A DNA stretch of 64,000 nt, taken from the NCBI GenBank assembly GCA_965246885.1, contig OZ251992.1, positions 448,001-512,000 on the forward strand. The letters run 5' to 3'. This DNA comes from Abditibacterium sp. GTDB lineage: Bacteria; Armatimonadota; Abditibacteriia; Abditibacteriales; Abditibacteriaceae. Position numbers and translations under genes: made by a program. Positions 47,884 to 58,228 of this stretch are shown here, in pieces. Below the pieces are notes generated by a model, which searched no databases, was not told the origin of the DNA, and saw nothing but the letters and a program-made list of their open reading frames with translations. How positions within the stretch are numbered: position 1 is the first letter of the stretch; every line of letters starts with the position of its first letter.

Positions 47884-50505
47884 TCACCCCGCCACCCGCT
47901 TCATCATGGCGATGACATCATGGATGTCGAACGAGATGCGGCGCGTCGTGCCTTCGAGGGTGATGGGGAGTTCCGTCGGCTCGATGCCAAAGCCGAGCGG
48001 GTTGATGAGGTTGCGCACCGTCACGACGAGGATGGGCAGGCGGGCTTGGTATTGGATGTCCACGCCGGTCACTTCGGCGAGGGCGCGCGGCTTGTTGCGG
48101 CCTGCGCCCTCGAACCAAAAGCGCGCGGTGGACAGGGCGAAGCGGCCCACGCCGTCTTGATCCCAGAAAGTGGCGCCGCCGCGCGAGCGGTATTTGTAGG
48201 AAATGGCGCGCGACAGCCACACGATCTCCTCGCCCGCTTTGGCTTCGCGCGAGGAGAACGAGAGCGGCACGAACCCCTCGACGGCGGCGCGCTTAAAGAG
48301 GCCGTCCAATTGGAGTTGCGCGTCGCGCTTGCGGTTGGCGGTGAACTGGTCTTGGCGGGCGCGTTCGGCGTCGCGGGCGGCAGTTAATTTCGCGGCTTCG
48401 TCGCGCAAGGCGCGCTCCTCGGCGGCGAGGGGCAGGCGCGCGGCGACGCGGTGCCAGTCGGCCCAAGGCAAAACGAGCGTTGAGCGAGCGCTCAACAGGG
48501 GGTTATTGGTGGCAACAAGGGCGAACGCATCGGCGCCGCGCGCGTCGAACTCCGTTCGACAGTTCGTGCAAATGCGCCCCGGTTCGCCCGACGTTTTCCC
48601 GGCGACTTTGGCCAGCCAGCGCTTGACGGGGTAGGCTTGCCCCAACGCGAAGCCCCAGCCCGCCGCGCGCCCCTGCTCGGAGGTGTTAGCGCGCAAAAGG
48701 GCGAGGCTTTGGGCGCCCATATCCAATTTCCAGCGCGCATGGCACGACGGGCAGCGATGGGTGGACGGGTCATTGCCGCCGCCCGCCGCCAATTTCGCCC
48801 ACGCTTCTGGCGGGAGCGACTGTCCGCCCGCGCTCGCGGCGACGCCAAAAGGATCGCTTTGCCACGCGGTCAGCAGTAGGCTACCGTCCTTTTGTTCGAG
48901 GAAGCGCGCCTGACAGTTGGGGCAGTCGGCTATTTGGCCCGTCGCGTTCGCGGCGTCGTTCCACTGCGCGAACGTGCAGGTTTGACCCAGTAGGGGCGTG
49001 GGCGCAAACTGCGCTTCCACTTGCTTCAGGCGCGCGGCGTTGCTGCTGACGGGGGCGTAGTGGGCGTGACAGGCGGGGCACTCGAACTCGGACTGCGACG
49101 CGAAACCGAGCAAGACAGTGCGCTCGACGCGCCGGACGGGGGCGCGGCGGCACACGGCGCACAGGAACTCCGTCGGGGCGAGCATGTGGAACTGGAGCGT
49201 TCCCGTCCGGCACACAGCGCATTTGCCGATGGGCCACTCGATGCGCGAAAGCGGCGAGCCGTCGAACGGGCACGCGCCGGAGTAACCCCCCGACACGACC
49301 CTAACGGTAGGCTGGTGGCACGACGGGCAACTGCTGGCGGCGGGCAGGGCGAACGACGCGGCGCCCGCAAGCTCGCGCTCAATGGCGTCCAAGCGCCCTT
49401 GGTCGGGGAAGTTCGGCGGCGCGGGCGCAGCTTGCAGACTTTGGACAAGGGCGCGAATCTGGGACAGATAGGGGTTGCCCCCGCTTTGGGGCGGCGACGT
49501 TGGGGCGGTTCTGGGCGCCGACGGCGCTGGTGGGAACGGTGCGGGCGACTGCTTGGTCGAACGCAACGCGCGGGCGAAATCGCGCATCGAGTCGAAGCGG
49601 TCGGCGACCTTAACCGCCATCGCGCGCTCGACGGCATCCGACACGGCAACCGATACAAGCGGGTTCTTCTCGCGCACAGACGGCAACTCCACCCCCGCCG
49701 CGCGCTCGATAGCCGACACGGGCACCTCGCCCGTCAACAGGTGATACAGCGTGGCGCCCAAAGCGTAGATGTCCAAACGGTGGTCGAAGCGGGCCTGACT
49801 GGAATACTGTTCGAGCGGCGCGTAGCCCGGCGTGAGCATCGGGTTAATCTTCTGCGTTTTGTCGCGCACGAACTGCTTGGCGGCGCCAAAATCTATCACG
49901 ATGGTGCGCCCGTCCTTGGTCAGCACGATGTTGTCGGGCTTGAGATCGCGGTGGATAAAGCCCGAAGCGTGCATCGCTTCCATCGCGTCGGCGACGCGCT
50001 CGATGATGGAAACGGCCTCGTTCTCGCTCAGCTTGCCCTTGTTCACCAAGTCGCCCCCGCTCTGGCCGTCGAGGAACTCCATCGCCAGATACGCCGTGCC
50101 GTTCTCTTCCCACACGAAGTAGACGTTAACGATGCCGGGATGCGCGAAGCGGGCGACGGTGCGCGCTTCCTCGATGAACTCGCGCCGCGTGATGTCCCAC
50201 TCGGCGGCGGAAACAGTCGAGGGCGGCAGAACGGTCTTGCCATTGCGCCGCGAGCCATCGGGGAAAAGCTCCTTGATGGCCACCAAACGCGCGAGGTTGA
50301 CGTCGTTGCCCTTGTAGGTGATGCCAAAGCCGCCCTGTCCCAACACGCGGCCCGTCGAAAAGGCGCCGCCATTGAGCCGCGTTCCGGCGGGAAGCGCGAG
50401 GGGAAAGCGGTTGGTGGGCGTGGCGCCGCCAAGGGGCGAGCCGCAGGTGCCACACGCGAGGGCGCCGTCCGGGTTGGGCGAGGAGCAAGTCGGGCAAACG
50501 ATCAT
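47884..50505 (-). CDS. Ser/Thr protein kinase with multiple zinc-ribbon repeats and a C-terminal PH-like domain
   Basis: GQGGFG, AIKE, HRDLKPDN, DFG and YAPLEQ; nine CxxC motifs plus a CxxD; no TM segment; alternative TTG start at 50526. Confidence 0.88.
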   Translation of the reverse strand: MIVCPTCSSPNPDGALACGTCGSPLGGATPTNRFPLALPAGTRLNGGAFSTGRVLGQGGFGITYKGNDVNLARLVAIKELFPDGSRRNGKTVLPPSTVSAAEWDITRREFIEEARTVARFAHPGIVNVYFVWEENGTAYLAMEFLDGQSGGDLVNKGKLSENEAVSIIERVADAMEAMHASGFIHRDLKPDNIVLTKDGRTIVIDFGAAKQFVRDKTQKINPMLTPGYAPLEQYSSQARFDHRLDIYALGATLYHLLTGEVPVSAIERAAGVELPSVREKNPLVSVAVSDAVERAMAVKVADRFDSMRDFARALRSTKQSPAPFPPAPSAPRTAPTSPPQSGGNPYLSQIRALVQSLQAAPAPPNFPDQGRLDAIERELAGAASFALPAASSCPSCHQPTVRVVSGGYSGACPFDGSPLSRIEWPIGKCAVCRTGTLQFHMLAPTEFLCAVCRRAPVRRVERTVLLGFASQSEFECPACHAHYAPVSSNAARLKQVEAQFAPTPLLGQTCTFAQWNDAANATGQIADCPNCQARFLEQKDGSLLLTAWQSDPFGVAASAGGQSLPPEAWAKLAAGGGNDPSTHRCPSCHARWKLDMGAQSLALLRANTSEQGRAAGWGFALGQAYPVKRWLAKVAGKTSGEPGRICTNCRTEFDARGADAFALVATNNPLLSARSTLVLPWADWHRVAARLPLAAEERALRDEAAKLTAARDAERARQDQFTANRKRDAQLQLDGLFKRAAVEGFVPLSFSSREAKAGEEIVWLSRAISYKYRSRGGATFWDQDGVGRFALSTARFWFEGAGRNKPRALAEVTGVDIQYQARLPILVVTVRNLINPLGFGIEPTELPITLEGTTRRISFDIHDVIAMMKRVAG

Positions 50506-50590
50506 CGGCGCATGGCTGGACGCCAAAGCGAGCGCGCCGCCTCAACAAAAGAGACGGCGCGCGGCAACGGACGGGAATGGCGGGGTGAAC

Positions 50591-53197
50591 TCAGCCCGCC
50601 ATTGCGACGACCAAGTGGCCCGTTTCGGGGTTCCAGTCCACGTGCGCGTCCAAGCCTTCCTCAAAAAAGCGGGTGGGCACCATCGTGCGGCCCTCGAAAA
50701 GGAACGCGGCCAGTTGCATCATCACCTGCTTGTTGTTGACCGACGCGAACTTGGAGCCGACCGTAACCCGCACTGTCGAGGCGCCTTTGCGCGCGACGAC
50801 TTCCTGCTTCGCGGCGTCCCATGTGATGGTGCCGCCGGTGTGCTCGAACAAAAAGCGCATCGCGGTGAAGGACGTGTCGCCCGCAAGAAGCGTAGCGACA
50901 TCGCCGCGCACGCGCTGGCCGTTGAAGGACAACTGCACTTGGCGCGGCAGTTGAACCCGCATGCCGGGGATGACGCGCATGTCAGTCGTCCAGTTGTTCG
51001 CCGCCGCGACCAACTCCACCGGCAAGCCGTAGTGCTGTGCGACGGCGCGCAGCGTGGTGTGATGGCGCACCTGATGGAAGCTGGGCAGGGACGAGTTAAA
51101 CGCCACGCGCACCGGCGACACGGTAATGGACGGCTGAATCGGTGGCGCGCTTTGCGGCGCGACTTCGACGGCGTGGGCGTCGGGCAACCCGACTTGCGGC
51201 GCGCGGGCCACGCGCGGCAGAGTCTTGGAAAGCGGCGCCACGCCCGCGCGCACCCCGTCGCGCCCCGTCGCACGCTCGCTCAAAACGGGCGCCGGAAGGG
51301 GAGCCACGTCGGTTGACTTGGCCGATAAGGTGGGCGCTTTGATTTGCGTCGGCGGAAGCGGTGGCAGAGCGTCCTTTGGGGCGACTTTGGCCTGCGTCAC
51401 GGTTTTGGCGGCGACCTTGGCGACTGCATGGCGCGTGCGCTCGTGACGTGGGCGTTCCTGTACTGCCGCGCGGCGCGGGGTGGCGCGCAGGGCGGTGTCG
51501 GGCGCCGATACGAGGAGCGCGACGGGCGCGGGTTCGGCGGGCGCCGCGACGGGGATGAAGGTGTGCGCGGTGGCGATGGCGCCCGCGAGCGAGGTGTTTT
51601 GCGAACTGAGCACCGGCTCGACTTCAAGCGAGCGCGCCGGTTGTTCGGGCGGCGTGAGGCGCGCCACTTCAATGCGCGGCGTCGCGGCGTCGGGCGTTTC
51701 GAGGGTGGGCGCGTGCGCCGGGGAGATGGCGCTCGCCGCGTTTTTGGCGGGTGAGAGCGTAGCGTCGGCGGTCGTGAGCGTGGGCACGGTTTCCGTTTCG
51801 CTGGGCGCGGCGGACGCTTCTGGCGCGACGGCGGGACGCGGCGACTCGGTCGGGGGCGTCAGTCGCGCGACGGCAGACGTCTGTCGGCCAATCGCAGACG
51901 TCTGGGAATCCCCGACAGGCATGTGGGAATCAGTGACAGACGCGCGGGAATCGCCGCCAGAGGTGTGGGAATCAATCCCGGACGTCTGCGACGCGATGAC
52001 AGACGTCTCTGTCGGCGCGCTTAACTCCGGCATCGCGGGAGAGACGGACTTTTCCGCGCGCGCAACCTTAGTTGTGGGCTTACCGGCGCCTGTGGATGCC
52101 GGGGCGGGGCGCGGCGCGAGCGAGGGAAGGGCGATTTTGCCGACCGGGGCGGCGGTGCTCGTCGCGGCGACTGGCGAAGTGCTCGGCAGGGGTAGCTTGG
52201 GCAGCAACTTGTAACCGACCGGTACTTTGGGAAGGGTGGCGGTCTTGGGGGTGGACAAGATGCCGCCGATGGAAGCATCTGCGAGGGGTTTGGGCGTGGG
52301 CGGGTTTACGGCGACTGCAACGGGCTTGGGGGCGTGCGCGGCTTGCGTGACTTTGGTTGCAGTTGCGGCTTTGGAGCGCAGGTTGTCGAGCGACTCACTC
52401 AAGGTCGTGGCGTTGGTGGGGTTATTGACGACGCCAATGGTAAGCGGGGGCGAGTGGCCTTCTTGCTCCATCGAGTCCCACGCGCGGGCGGAGAGAGCGT
52501 AGAGGCCGTCGGCGACTTTGGTGGTGTCGAGGTCAAAAGCATACGGCGGGCGCGACAGGAGCCACGAACGCTGCGCGGGCTGCTTGTCGGCTTTCTCTAT
52601 GGGATTGAGCGAAACGATGATCCACTTCACGCCGAAGTTGTCTTTGGCGCCCAGTTCGATGCGCGCCGTCCCCGACAATTGCTGGAAGGCTTGGACGTTG
52701 TTCCAACGCAGGTCGGGCGGCGTGGTGTCGCGCGTTCCGGCGTTGTTGATGTAGACGCTGACTTCCGTCCAACCGCGAAAGCCTTGTGTGTCGGTCACGC
52801 GCACCGACAAGCGGTGCGAGCCATCGGGCGTCGCGCGTGTGTCCCAATCGAACGAGGACGACGCGAGCGACGAGAGCGGCAACACGTTCGAGGCGGGCTT
52901 GTCGTCCAAGAACAGTTGGATGGTGGCCGGGTTGAACTGCGTGGCGCGCACGCCCACGAGGATGCGGGCGCGGCCCTTGAGCACGTCTTGATAAGCGGGC
53001 GCGATGATTTGCACTTTTGGGCCGTTTTCATCGCCGCCCACAACTGGAGATGCCAAGGCGAGCGGCGCGTTGGGGAACACGAGCAGCGCACCTGCCGCGA
53101 CGGTCATCCCCCAGAAAAGCGGCGACAAACGGGCGCCGCGCGAGCGCGACGACAGGGCGAAAGGGCCAAACGAGTGGCGCAAAAACCGAGAACGCAT
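50591..53197 (-). CDS. Exported Ig-like + Pro/Ala/Thr linker + LysM + Cu-amine-oxidase-N domain protein
   Basis: WDTRATPDGSH and DTTKVADGLY (Ig-like); TLRAVAQHYGL...AAAN (LysM); GRTMVPTRFFEEGL...VDW. Confidence 0.78.
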   Translation of the reverse strand: MRSRFLRHSFGPFALSSRSRGARLSPLFWGMTVAAGALLVFPNAPLALASPVVGGDENGPKVQIIAPAYQDVLKGRARILVGVRATQFNPATIQLFLDDKPASNVLPLSSLASSSFDWDTRATPDGSHRLSVRVTDTQGFRGWTEVSVYINNAGTRDTTPPDLRWNNVQAFQQLSGTARIELGAKDNFGVKWIIVSLNPIEKADKQPAQRSWLLSRPPYAFDLDTTKVADGLYALSARAWDSMEQEGHSPPLTIGVVNNPTNATTLSESLDNLRSKAATATKVTQAAHAPKPVAVAVNPPTPKPLADASIGGILSTPKTATLPKVPVGYKLLPKLPLPSTSPVAATSTAAPVGKIALPSLAPRPAPASTGAGKPTTKVARAEKSVSPAMPELSAPTETSVIASQTSGIDSHTSGGDSRASVTDSHMPVGDSQTSAIGRQTSAVARLTPPTESPRPAVAPEASAAPSETETVPTLTTADATLSPAKNAASAISPAHAPTLETPDAATPRIEVARLTPPEQPARSLEVEPVLSSQNTSLAGAIATAHTFIPVAAPAEPAPVALLVSAPDTALRATPRRAAVQERPRHERTRHAVAKVAAKTVTQAKVAPKDALPPLPPTQIKAPTLSAKSTDVAPLPAPVLSERATGRDGVRAGVAPLSKTLPRVARAPQVGLPDAHAVEVAPQSAPPIQPSITVSPVRVAFNSSLPSFHQVRHHTTLRAVAQHYGLPVELVAAANNWTTDMRVIPGMRVQLPRQVQLSFNGQRVRGDVATLLAGDTSFTAMRFLFEHTGGTITWDAAKQEVVARKGASTVRVTVGSKFASVNNKQVMMQLAAFLFEGRTMVPTRFFEEGLDAHVDWNPETGHLVVAMAG
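51874..52009. repeat. In-frame degenerate 21-nt repeat (about 6.5 units)
   Basis: Units start cagacgtctg, cagacgtctg, caggcatgtg, cagacgcgcg, cagaggtgtg, cggacgtctg and cagacgtctc. Confidence 0.8.
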
Positions 53198-53445
53198 AAA
53201 GGTTGTCAGAAGGCGGCACCCCACCTTTGGAGCACGCGCAAAGCAGCCGAAATAAAGTGGTCGCCGCGCGCACCGGACGCAAACTCCGGTGCTGACGCGA
53301 CGCAAAAACGCGCGGGTAATCCGCCAAAGGTTATCAGCCTCAGGCAGGAAAGTCAAAGAACCCGCGCGCAGTCATAACAATCCGGGGCGCCATTCCAAGC
53401 CGCCGTGTAGACTTTGGGAAGGTTTCTCCCCACAACCGCCCCACT

Positions 53446-53865
53446 ATGCGCCTTGGCAACACGACGAAATACGCTTTTGAAGCGTTAGCCTACCTCATCC
53501 GTTCTTTCGCGCGCGACGAGTGGGCGCAAATCAGCGAAATCGCCCGCGTGTGCGACATCCCGCGCAAATACCTCGAACAAGTTTTGCTCGACCTGAAGAC
53601 CGCCGGGCTGCTCGAATCCAAAAAGGGGCAGGGCGGCGGCTACCGTTTGGCGCGCTCGCCCGACCAAATCTCGGTCGCGCAGGTGCTGGGCGCCATCGGC
53701 GGCGAACTGGTGCCGCTTCCCGATTGGCTCAGCGACCGCAGCGCACACTTTTCGACAGAGTCGGGCCTGCGCGACGTCGTCGCCCGCGCCCGCGACACCG
53801 TCGAGGCGCTCTTTCAGGACACTTCCATCGAAGTGCTGGTTTGTCGCCCCAGCGCATGGGTGTAG
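53446..53865 (+). CDS. Rrf2 family transcriptional regulator (lacks the Fe-S cysteine triad)
   Basis: IPRKYLEQVL..LK.AGL..SKKGQGGGY.LAR. Confidence 0.92.
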   Translation: MRLGNTTKYAFEALAYLIRSFARDEWAQISEIARVCDIPRKYLEQVLLDLKTAGLLESKKGQGGGYRLARSPDQISVAQVLGAIGGELVPLPDWLSDRSAHFSTESGLRDVVARARDTVEALFQDTSIEVLVCRPSAWV

Positions 53866-53874
53866 CGCGGCCCC

Positions 53875-54135
53875 TCAGCGCGCCGTCATTGTGGGCTTCG
53901 CTTTGACGGCGACCCGCTTTCCCCGCGCGGGCGTAATCTTCGCGACGGCGCGCGTGGCGGGCGCTTCGTTGACGGGGTAGCCTTGGAGGATGCCCGCCGC
54001 CGCCAAGCGTTGCACGGCGGCAAAAGCCCAGTGGGTGCGCGGCACGTCGCGGAAAAGCGGCGCGGTGGGTGCGGTTTGCGCCATAGCGCCCGTTGCCAAG
54101 GCACCTGTCAAGAGGAGAAGAAGGGTGATTTTCAC
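53875..54135 (-). CDS. Small secreted single-SLH protein
   Basis: Signal peptide (AMA|Q); FRDVPRTHWAFAAVQRLAAAGILQGYP. Confidence 0.8.
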   Translation of the reverse strand: MKITLLLLLTGALATGAMAQTAPTAPLFRDVPRTHWAFAAVQRLAAAGILQGYPVNEAPATRAVAKITPARGKRVAVKAKPTMTAR

Positions 54136-54237
54136 CCTTGTTTAGACGCGCAACGAGTGGTGCCCGCATCACATCGGAAGGGCGGAGTTCACCGTCCTTG
54201 TCACACCATTTCGCAAACTCAACGCGGGATACATGCG

Positions 54238-54909
54238 ATGACGCTCGAACTGCAACCTTATCTGGAACAACAGCTTTGCTGGCCCGCGTCGGGACGGCAC
54301 ATTCTGGCGCAGTTCGACGCCGATTCGGTCGTGGTCTATCAAGCGTACAGCGCGCGTATCGGGGAGTATGCAACCCGTTATGGGCGTTTTGGCGGCGAGT
54401 TTTCCTTTGGGCGCATGAGTTGGATCAAGCCCAATTTCTTGTGGATGATGTATCGCTCCGGCTGGGGCGAAAAAGATGGCCAAACCCACGTGCTGGCGAT
54501 TCGCGTCCGGCGCACCCTGTGGGATGAGATTCTGGCGGGGTCAGTGCCTTCGTCGTTCAGCGCGGCGCTTTACGAGTCGCCCGAAGCATGGAAAGCCGAT
54601 ATCGCGCGCTCCGAGGTGCGTTTGCAGTGGGATCCCGACCATGCGCCACGCGGTCAGGCCTTGGAGCGGCGCGCGGTGCAATTGGGCTTGCGCGGTGAAA
54701 CGCTGCGCCGCTTTGCGACGGAAGCCCTCGCCATCGAAGACGTTTCCGAGTTTGTCCGCGCGCAAAAACGGGTGGTTGATGGCGCACCTTGGAGCCTGCT
54801 TCAAACGCCCCGCGAACGGGTTTATCCAGTCAACAACCCCGACGCGGCGCGGCGCTTGGGCTTGGCGAAACTTGAGACAGAACAAGCGGGGAGCGGGGAC
54901 GACCTTTAG
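54238..54909 (+). CDS. DUF4291 family protein
   Basis: VYQAY, RMSWIKPNFLWMMYRSGWG and VRLQWDPDH motifs. Confidence 0.9.
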   Translation: MTLELQPYLEQQLCWPASGRHILAQFDADSVVVYQAYSARIGEYATRYGRFGGEFSFGRMSWIKPNFLWMMYRSGWGEKDGQTHVLAIRVRRTLWDEILAGSVPSSFSAALYESPEAWKADIARSEVRLQWDPDHAPRGQALERRAVQLGLRGETLRRFATEALAIEDVSEFVRAQKRVVDGAPWSLLQTPRERVYPVNNPDAARRLGLAKLETEQAGSGDDL

Positions 54910-54919
54910 ACTGGGCGCT

Positions 54920-56068
54920 ATGTCCGTCCCCTTGAAAGTGTTTTTGGTTGTCGGCACGCGGCCCGAAGGTGTGAAGATGGCGCCGCTCGTCAACCTGCTT
55001 CGCGCCCGCCCCGCCGAGTTTCAGGTGGTGCTGTGCACCACCGGGCAGCACTCCACTATGCTCGATGCCGTGATGAACTCCTTTGGCATCGCGGGCTACA
55101 ACTACGACCTGCATATTATGTCGCAGGGGCAGACGCTCACGCAGATAACGACGCGCGCCTTGGAGGGGTTGGAGCCGATTTTGGTCGCCGAAAAGCCGGA
55201 CATCGTCCTCGCGCAGGGCGACACCACGAGTGTTTTGGCGTCGTCGCTCGCGGCGGCTTATCAGAAAGTAGCCTTTGGCCACGTCGAAGCGGGCTTGCGC
55301 ACGGACAACAAGTTCGATCCGTTCCCCGAAGAACTGAACCGGCGCCTCACCACGCAAATATCCGACCTCCACTTCGCCCCGACGGAGCAATCGCGCGCCA
55401 ATCTCTTGCGCGAAGGCGTGCGGGCTGAAGCCATTTACCTCACGGGGAACACCGTCATTGACGCTCTCTTTCAAGTGACCTCGCGGCGCAAAGGCATCGC
55501 GCCCGACGCGAGCCGGGGACGCACCATTTTGGCGACCACGCACCGCCGCGAGAACTGGGGGGCGCCGTTGGAGCAAATCGCCCTCGCGTTTGCCGACATT
55601 CTCGACCGCTTTCCCGACGCGCGCTTGGTGCTTCCCATGCACAAGAACCCCGTTGTGCGCGAGCCGCTGCAACGGATTCTGGGCGCCAACCCGCGCGTGT
55701 CGCTCATCGAGCCGCCCGATTACTTGGAGTTCGTGCGCCTGATGGAAACGGCGCACCTGATTCTGACCGATTCGGGCGGCGTGCAAGAGGAAGCGCCCTC
55801 GCTGGGCATCCCCGTCCTCGTTTTGCGCCGCACGACGGAGCGGCCCGAAGGGGTGGATGCCGGAACTTCGACGCTCATCGGCACCGAGCGCGCCGACATC
55901 GTGCGCGCCGCGTCCGCGCTGTTGGGCGACGAGGCGGCGTATGCCCAGATGAGTCACGCCGCCAACCCGTATGGCGACGGGCGCGCCGGGGAGCGCATTG
56001 CCGAGGCGCTGCTTCACTGGGCCGGACGCGGGCCACGCCCCGCCGACTTCGATTACCAAGGGCGGTAG
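54920..56068 (+). CDS. wecB: UDP-N-acetylglucosamine 2-epimerase (non-hydrolysing)
   Basis: GTRPE, TGQH, QGDTT, HVEAGLR, PFPEE, TDSGGVQEEAPS and NPYGDG motifs. Confidence 0.95.
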   Translation: MSVPLKVFLVVGTRPEGVKMAPLVNLLRARPAEFQVVLCTTGQHSTMLDAVMNSFGIAGYNYDLHIMSQGQTLTQITTRALEGLEPILVAEKPDIVLAQGDTTSVLASSLAAAYQKVAFGHVEAGLRTDNKFDPFPEELNRRLTTQISDLHFAPTEQSRANLLREGVRAEAIYLTGNTVIDALFQVTSRRKGIAPDASRGRTILATTHRRENWGAPLEQIALAFADILDRFPDARLVLPMHKNPVVREPLQRILGANPRVSLIEPPDYLEFVRLMETAHLILTDSGGVQEEAPSLGIPVLVLRRTTERPEGVDAGTSTLIGTERADIVRAASALLGDEAAYAQMSHAANPYGDGRAGERIAEALLHWAGRGPRPADFDYQGR

Positions 56069-56091
56069 GCCGGGGCCTCCCGAACGGACAT

Positions 56092-57288
56092 ATGTTCTCC
56101 AAATTCAAACCCTTCAACCAGTGGGACGAGCGGCGCTGGCTCACCTTCATCGCCCTCGCCACGCTTGTGGTGTCGCTCGTGTGGCGCTTGCCCGAAGAGT
56201 TGCGTTACTTCGCGGCGCGCGGCGGGGAGTTGCTGGTGGCGCTTACGCTCGCGCTGTCGCTGTATTATGTGTTGCGGCCCGTCGTGCGCTTTTTGGAAAG
56301 CCGCTCTAAAGGGCGGGCCGGAGGGCGCACGATGGCGACGCTCCTCGCGTTCGTGCTGTTGTTCGGCGTCGGGTACCTGTTTTTCCTCGTGGGCTTCAAG
56401 CCGTTGCAAAGCGACGTGAGGGAGCTACTGAAGGGATTTTTGGCGCGCACCCCGGCAGAGCGGGCCGCACTCATGGAGCAGTGGAAGGGCGCGCTCCAAA
56501 CCGCGCTCGCGCCGTATCGCGGCTTCGTGCCCGACACCATCGCGGACGATCCCGTCGCGTTTCTGACGGCCCAAGCCACTCCGTTGTGGCACCGCGTCGG
56601 GACGTGGTTGGGGCACCAAACGGGGCATCTGGGCTTCATCGTGGAACTGCTGCTCATCCCGGTGCTGGCGTTCTACTTCCTGTCGGACGGGCAAGCAATC
56701 CGCCACGAAGCGCGCGTCTTGTTTCCGCTCACTTGGCGCCCGCGACTGGCACGGATGGGCGCGCAGTTCGACCACATTCTCGATGGCTATGTGCGCGGGC
56801 AGGTGTGGATGTGTCTGATCGCGCAGGTGCTGGTGACGCTCGCCTTGCTGGTCTTGCACGTTCCGCATGCCCTGACGTTGGGGCTAATCGCGGGGCTAAC
56901 GCGCGCCATCCCGGTCGTTGGGCCACTGCTGGGAGGGATTCCGCTCCTTGGCGCGTGCCTGTTCTACACGCACTCCCTCCCCACGACGGGCCTCCTGCTG
57001 GGCGCGTTCACGCTTATGCACTTTCTGGAGTCGAAGGTGCTCCTGCCTAAAATCGTGGGACATCACGTGGACTTGCACCCGGTGACTGTGATTATGGCGC
57101 TGCTGGTGGGGTTGGAGTTCTTCGGGGCTATGGGCGTCATATTAGCGGTGCCTATCGCGGCGATGATTAAGGTGCTGCTGACGGAATACCACGACGCGCA
57201 GGAGAAACGGCTCGCCCTCGAAGCGCCCAACGGGGTCGCGCGCTTGGAGGGTGAACCGCAAGCCACACGCGCCGAGCGGGTCTCGTGA
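56092..57288 (+). CDS. AI-2E family transporter
   Basis: GYVRGQ, IPVVGP and PKIVG..VDLHP motifs; multi-TM. Confidence 0.9.
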   Translation: MFSKFKPFNQWDERRWLTFIALATLVVSLVWRLPEELRYFAARGGELLVALTLALSLYYVLRPVVRFLESRSKGRAGGRTMATLLAFVLLFGVGYLFFLVGFKPLQSDVRELLKGFLARTPAERAALMEQWKGALQTALAPYRGFVPDTIADDPVAFLTAQATPLWHRVGTWLGHQTGHLGFIVELLLIPVLAFYFLSDGQAIRHEARVLFPLTWRPRLARMGAQFDHILDGYVRGQVWMCLIAQVLVTLALLVLHVPHALTLGLIAGLTRAIPVVGPLLGGIPLLGACLFYTHSLPTTGLLLGAFTLMHFLESKVLLPKIVGHHVDLHPVTVIMALLVGLEFFGAMGVILAVPIAAMIKVLLTEYHDAQEKRLALEAPNGVARLEGEPQATRAERVS

Positions 57289-58097
57289 TGCCTGACTCTT
57301 CTGGCGTCTCGTGGCAGCAGGCTCTCCTGTTGGGCGCGGTGCAAGGGCTGACCGAGTTCATCCCCGTCTCCTCGTCGGCGCACCTCAACATCACGCACGC
57401 CCTGATGGGGCAAGGGCGCAACTTGCCCTTCGATGTGTTTTCCGGTGTGGGAACAACGGCGGCGCTCGGATGGACTTATCGCCACGAGTGGAAAGCCCTG
57501 CTTTGCGATCCCAAGCAGCGCCCGTTGCTCGGCATGGTGCTACTGGCGTGTGTGCCTGCGGTGTTGGTGGCGGCTTTGTCGCCGATTCGCAAGTGGGAGG
57601 ACACCTCGAAACTTTTCACCTCGCCGTTTTACAATGGTTTGTGGATGCTGCTGGGCGGCGCGCTCCTGCTCGCGGCGGACAGTGCGGGCGCGAAGACGCG
57701 CGGGGTCGCGGATATACAAACGAGCGACGCGCTACTAATTGGCGCCTCGCAAGCCTTGGCGCTTGTGCCCGGCTTTTCGCGGTCGGGAACGACGATGGCG
57801 GCGGGGCTAATGTTGGGGTTGAAGCGCGAGGACGCGGCGCGCTTCTCGTTTTTGCTGTCGCTGCCGATTTCGTTGGGAGCGGTGGCGTTCGAGGGGCGCG
57901 GCGTTGCCAAAGACCGGGCGCAATTGGGCGCGGGGGCGGGGGAAGTGGGCGTGTGCATCGCGGCGGCGACGGTGTCAGGTTTGGGAGCGATCTGGTTCCT
58001 GCTTAACTATCTGCGCACGCGCGGCATGGCGCCCTTTGGGGTGTGGCGCGCGGTCGTTGGACTTGGGGCGATGCTTTGTTTTTCCAAAAAGCGGTAG
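57288..58097 (+). CDS. uppP: Undecaprenyl-diphosphate phosphatase
   Basis: QGLTEFIPVSSSAHL, PGFSRSGTT and AARFSFLLS motifs. Confidence 0.94.
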   Translation: MPDSSGVSWQQALLLGAVQGLTEFIPVSSSAHLNITHALMGQGRNLPFDVFSGVGTTAALGWTYRHEWKALLCDPKQRPLLGMVLLACVPAVLVAALSPIRKWEDTSKLFTSPFYNGLWMLLGGALLLAADSAGAKTRGVADIQTSDALLIGASQALALVPGFSRSGTTMAAGLMLGLKREDAARFSFLLSLPISLGAVAFEGRGVAKDRAQLGAGAGEVGVCIAAATVSGLGAIWFLLNYLRTRGMAPFGVWRAVVGLGAMLCFSKKR

Positions 58098-58228
58098 CCT
58101 CGCCCACTGGCCTCGCCCACTGGCCTCCCTCTTTTTGACGCGAAAGGGGGCGCGCGCGGGTAAAATGTTCGTCAGTTGCTGCAAGCGCAGGCTGACCCCG
58201 GCTTTTCAAGGAGAACCCACTGGCACAA

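Noticed and set aside
58135..58166. TTGACG...TAAAAT promoter upstream of the TPR gene
   Set aside because: Spacer is 20 bp, too long for a confident sigma70 call
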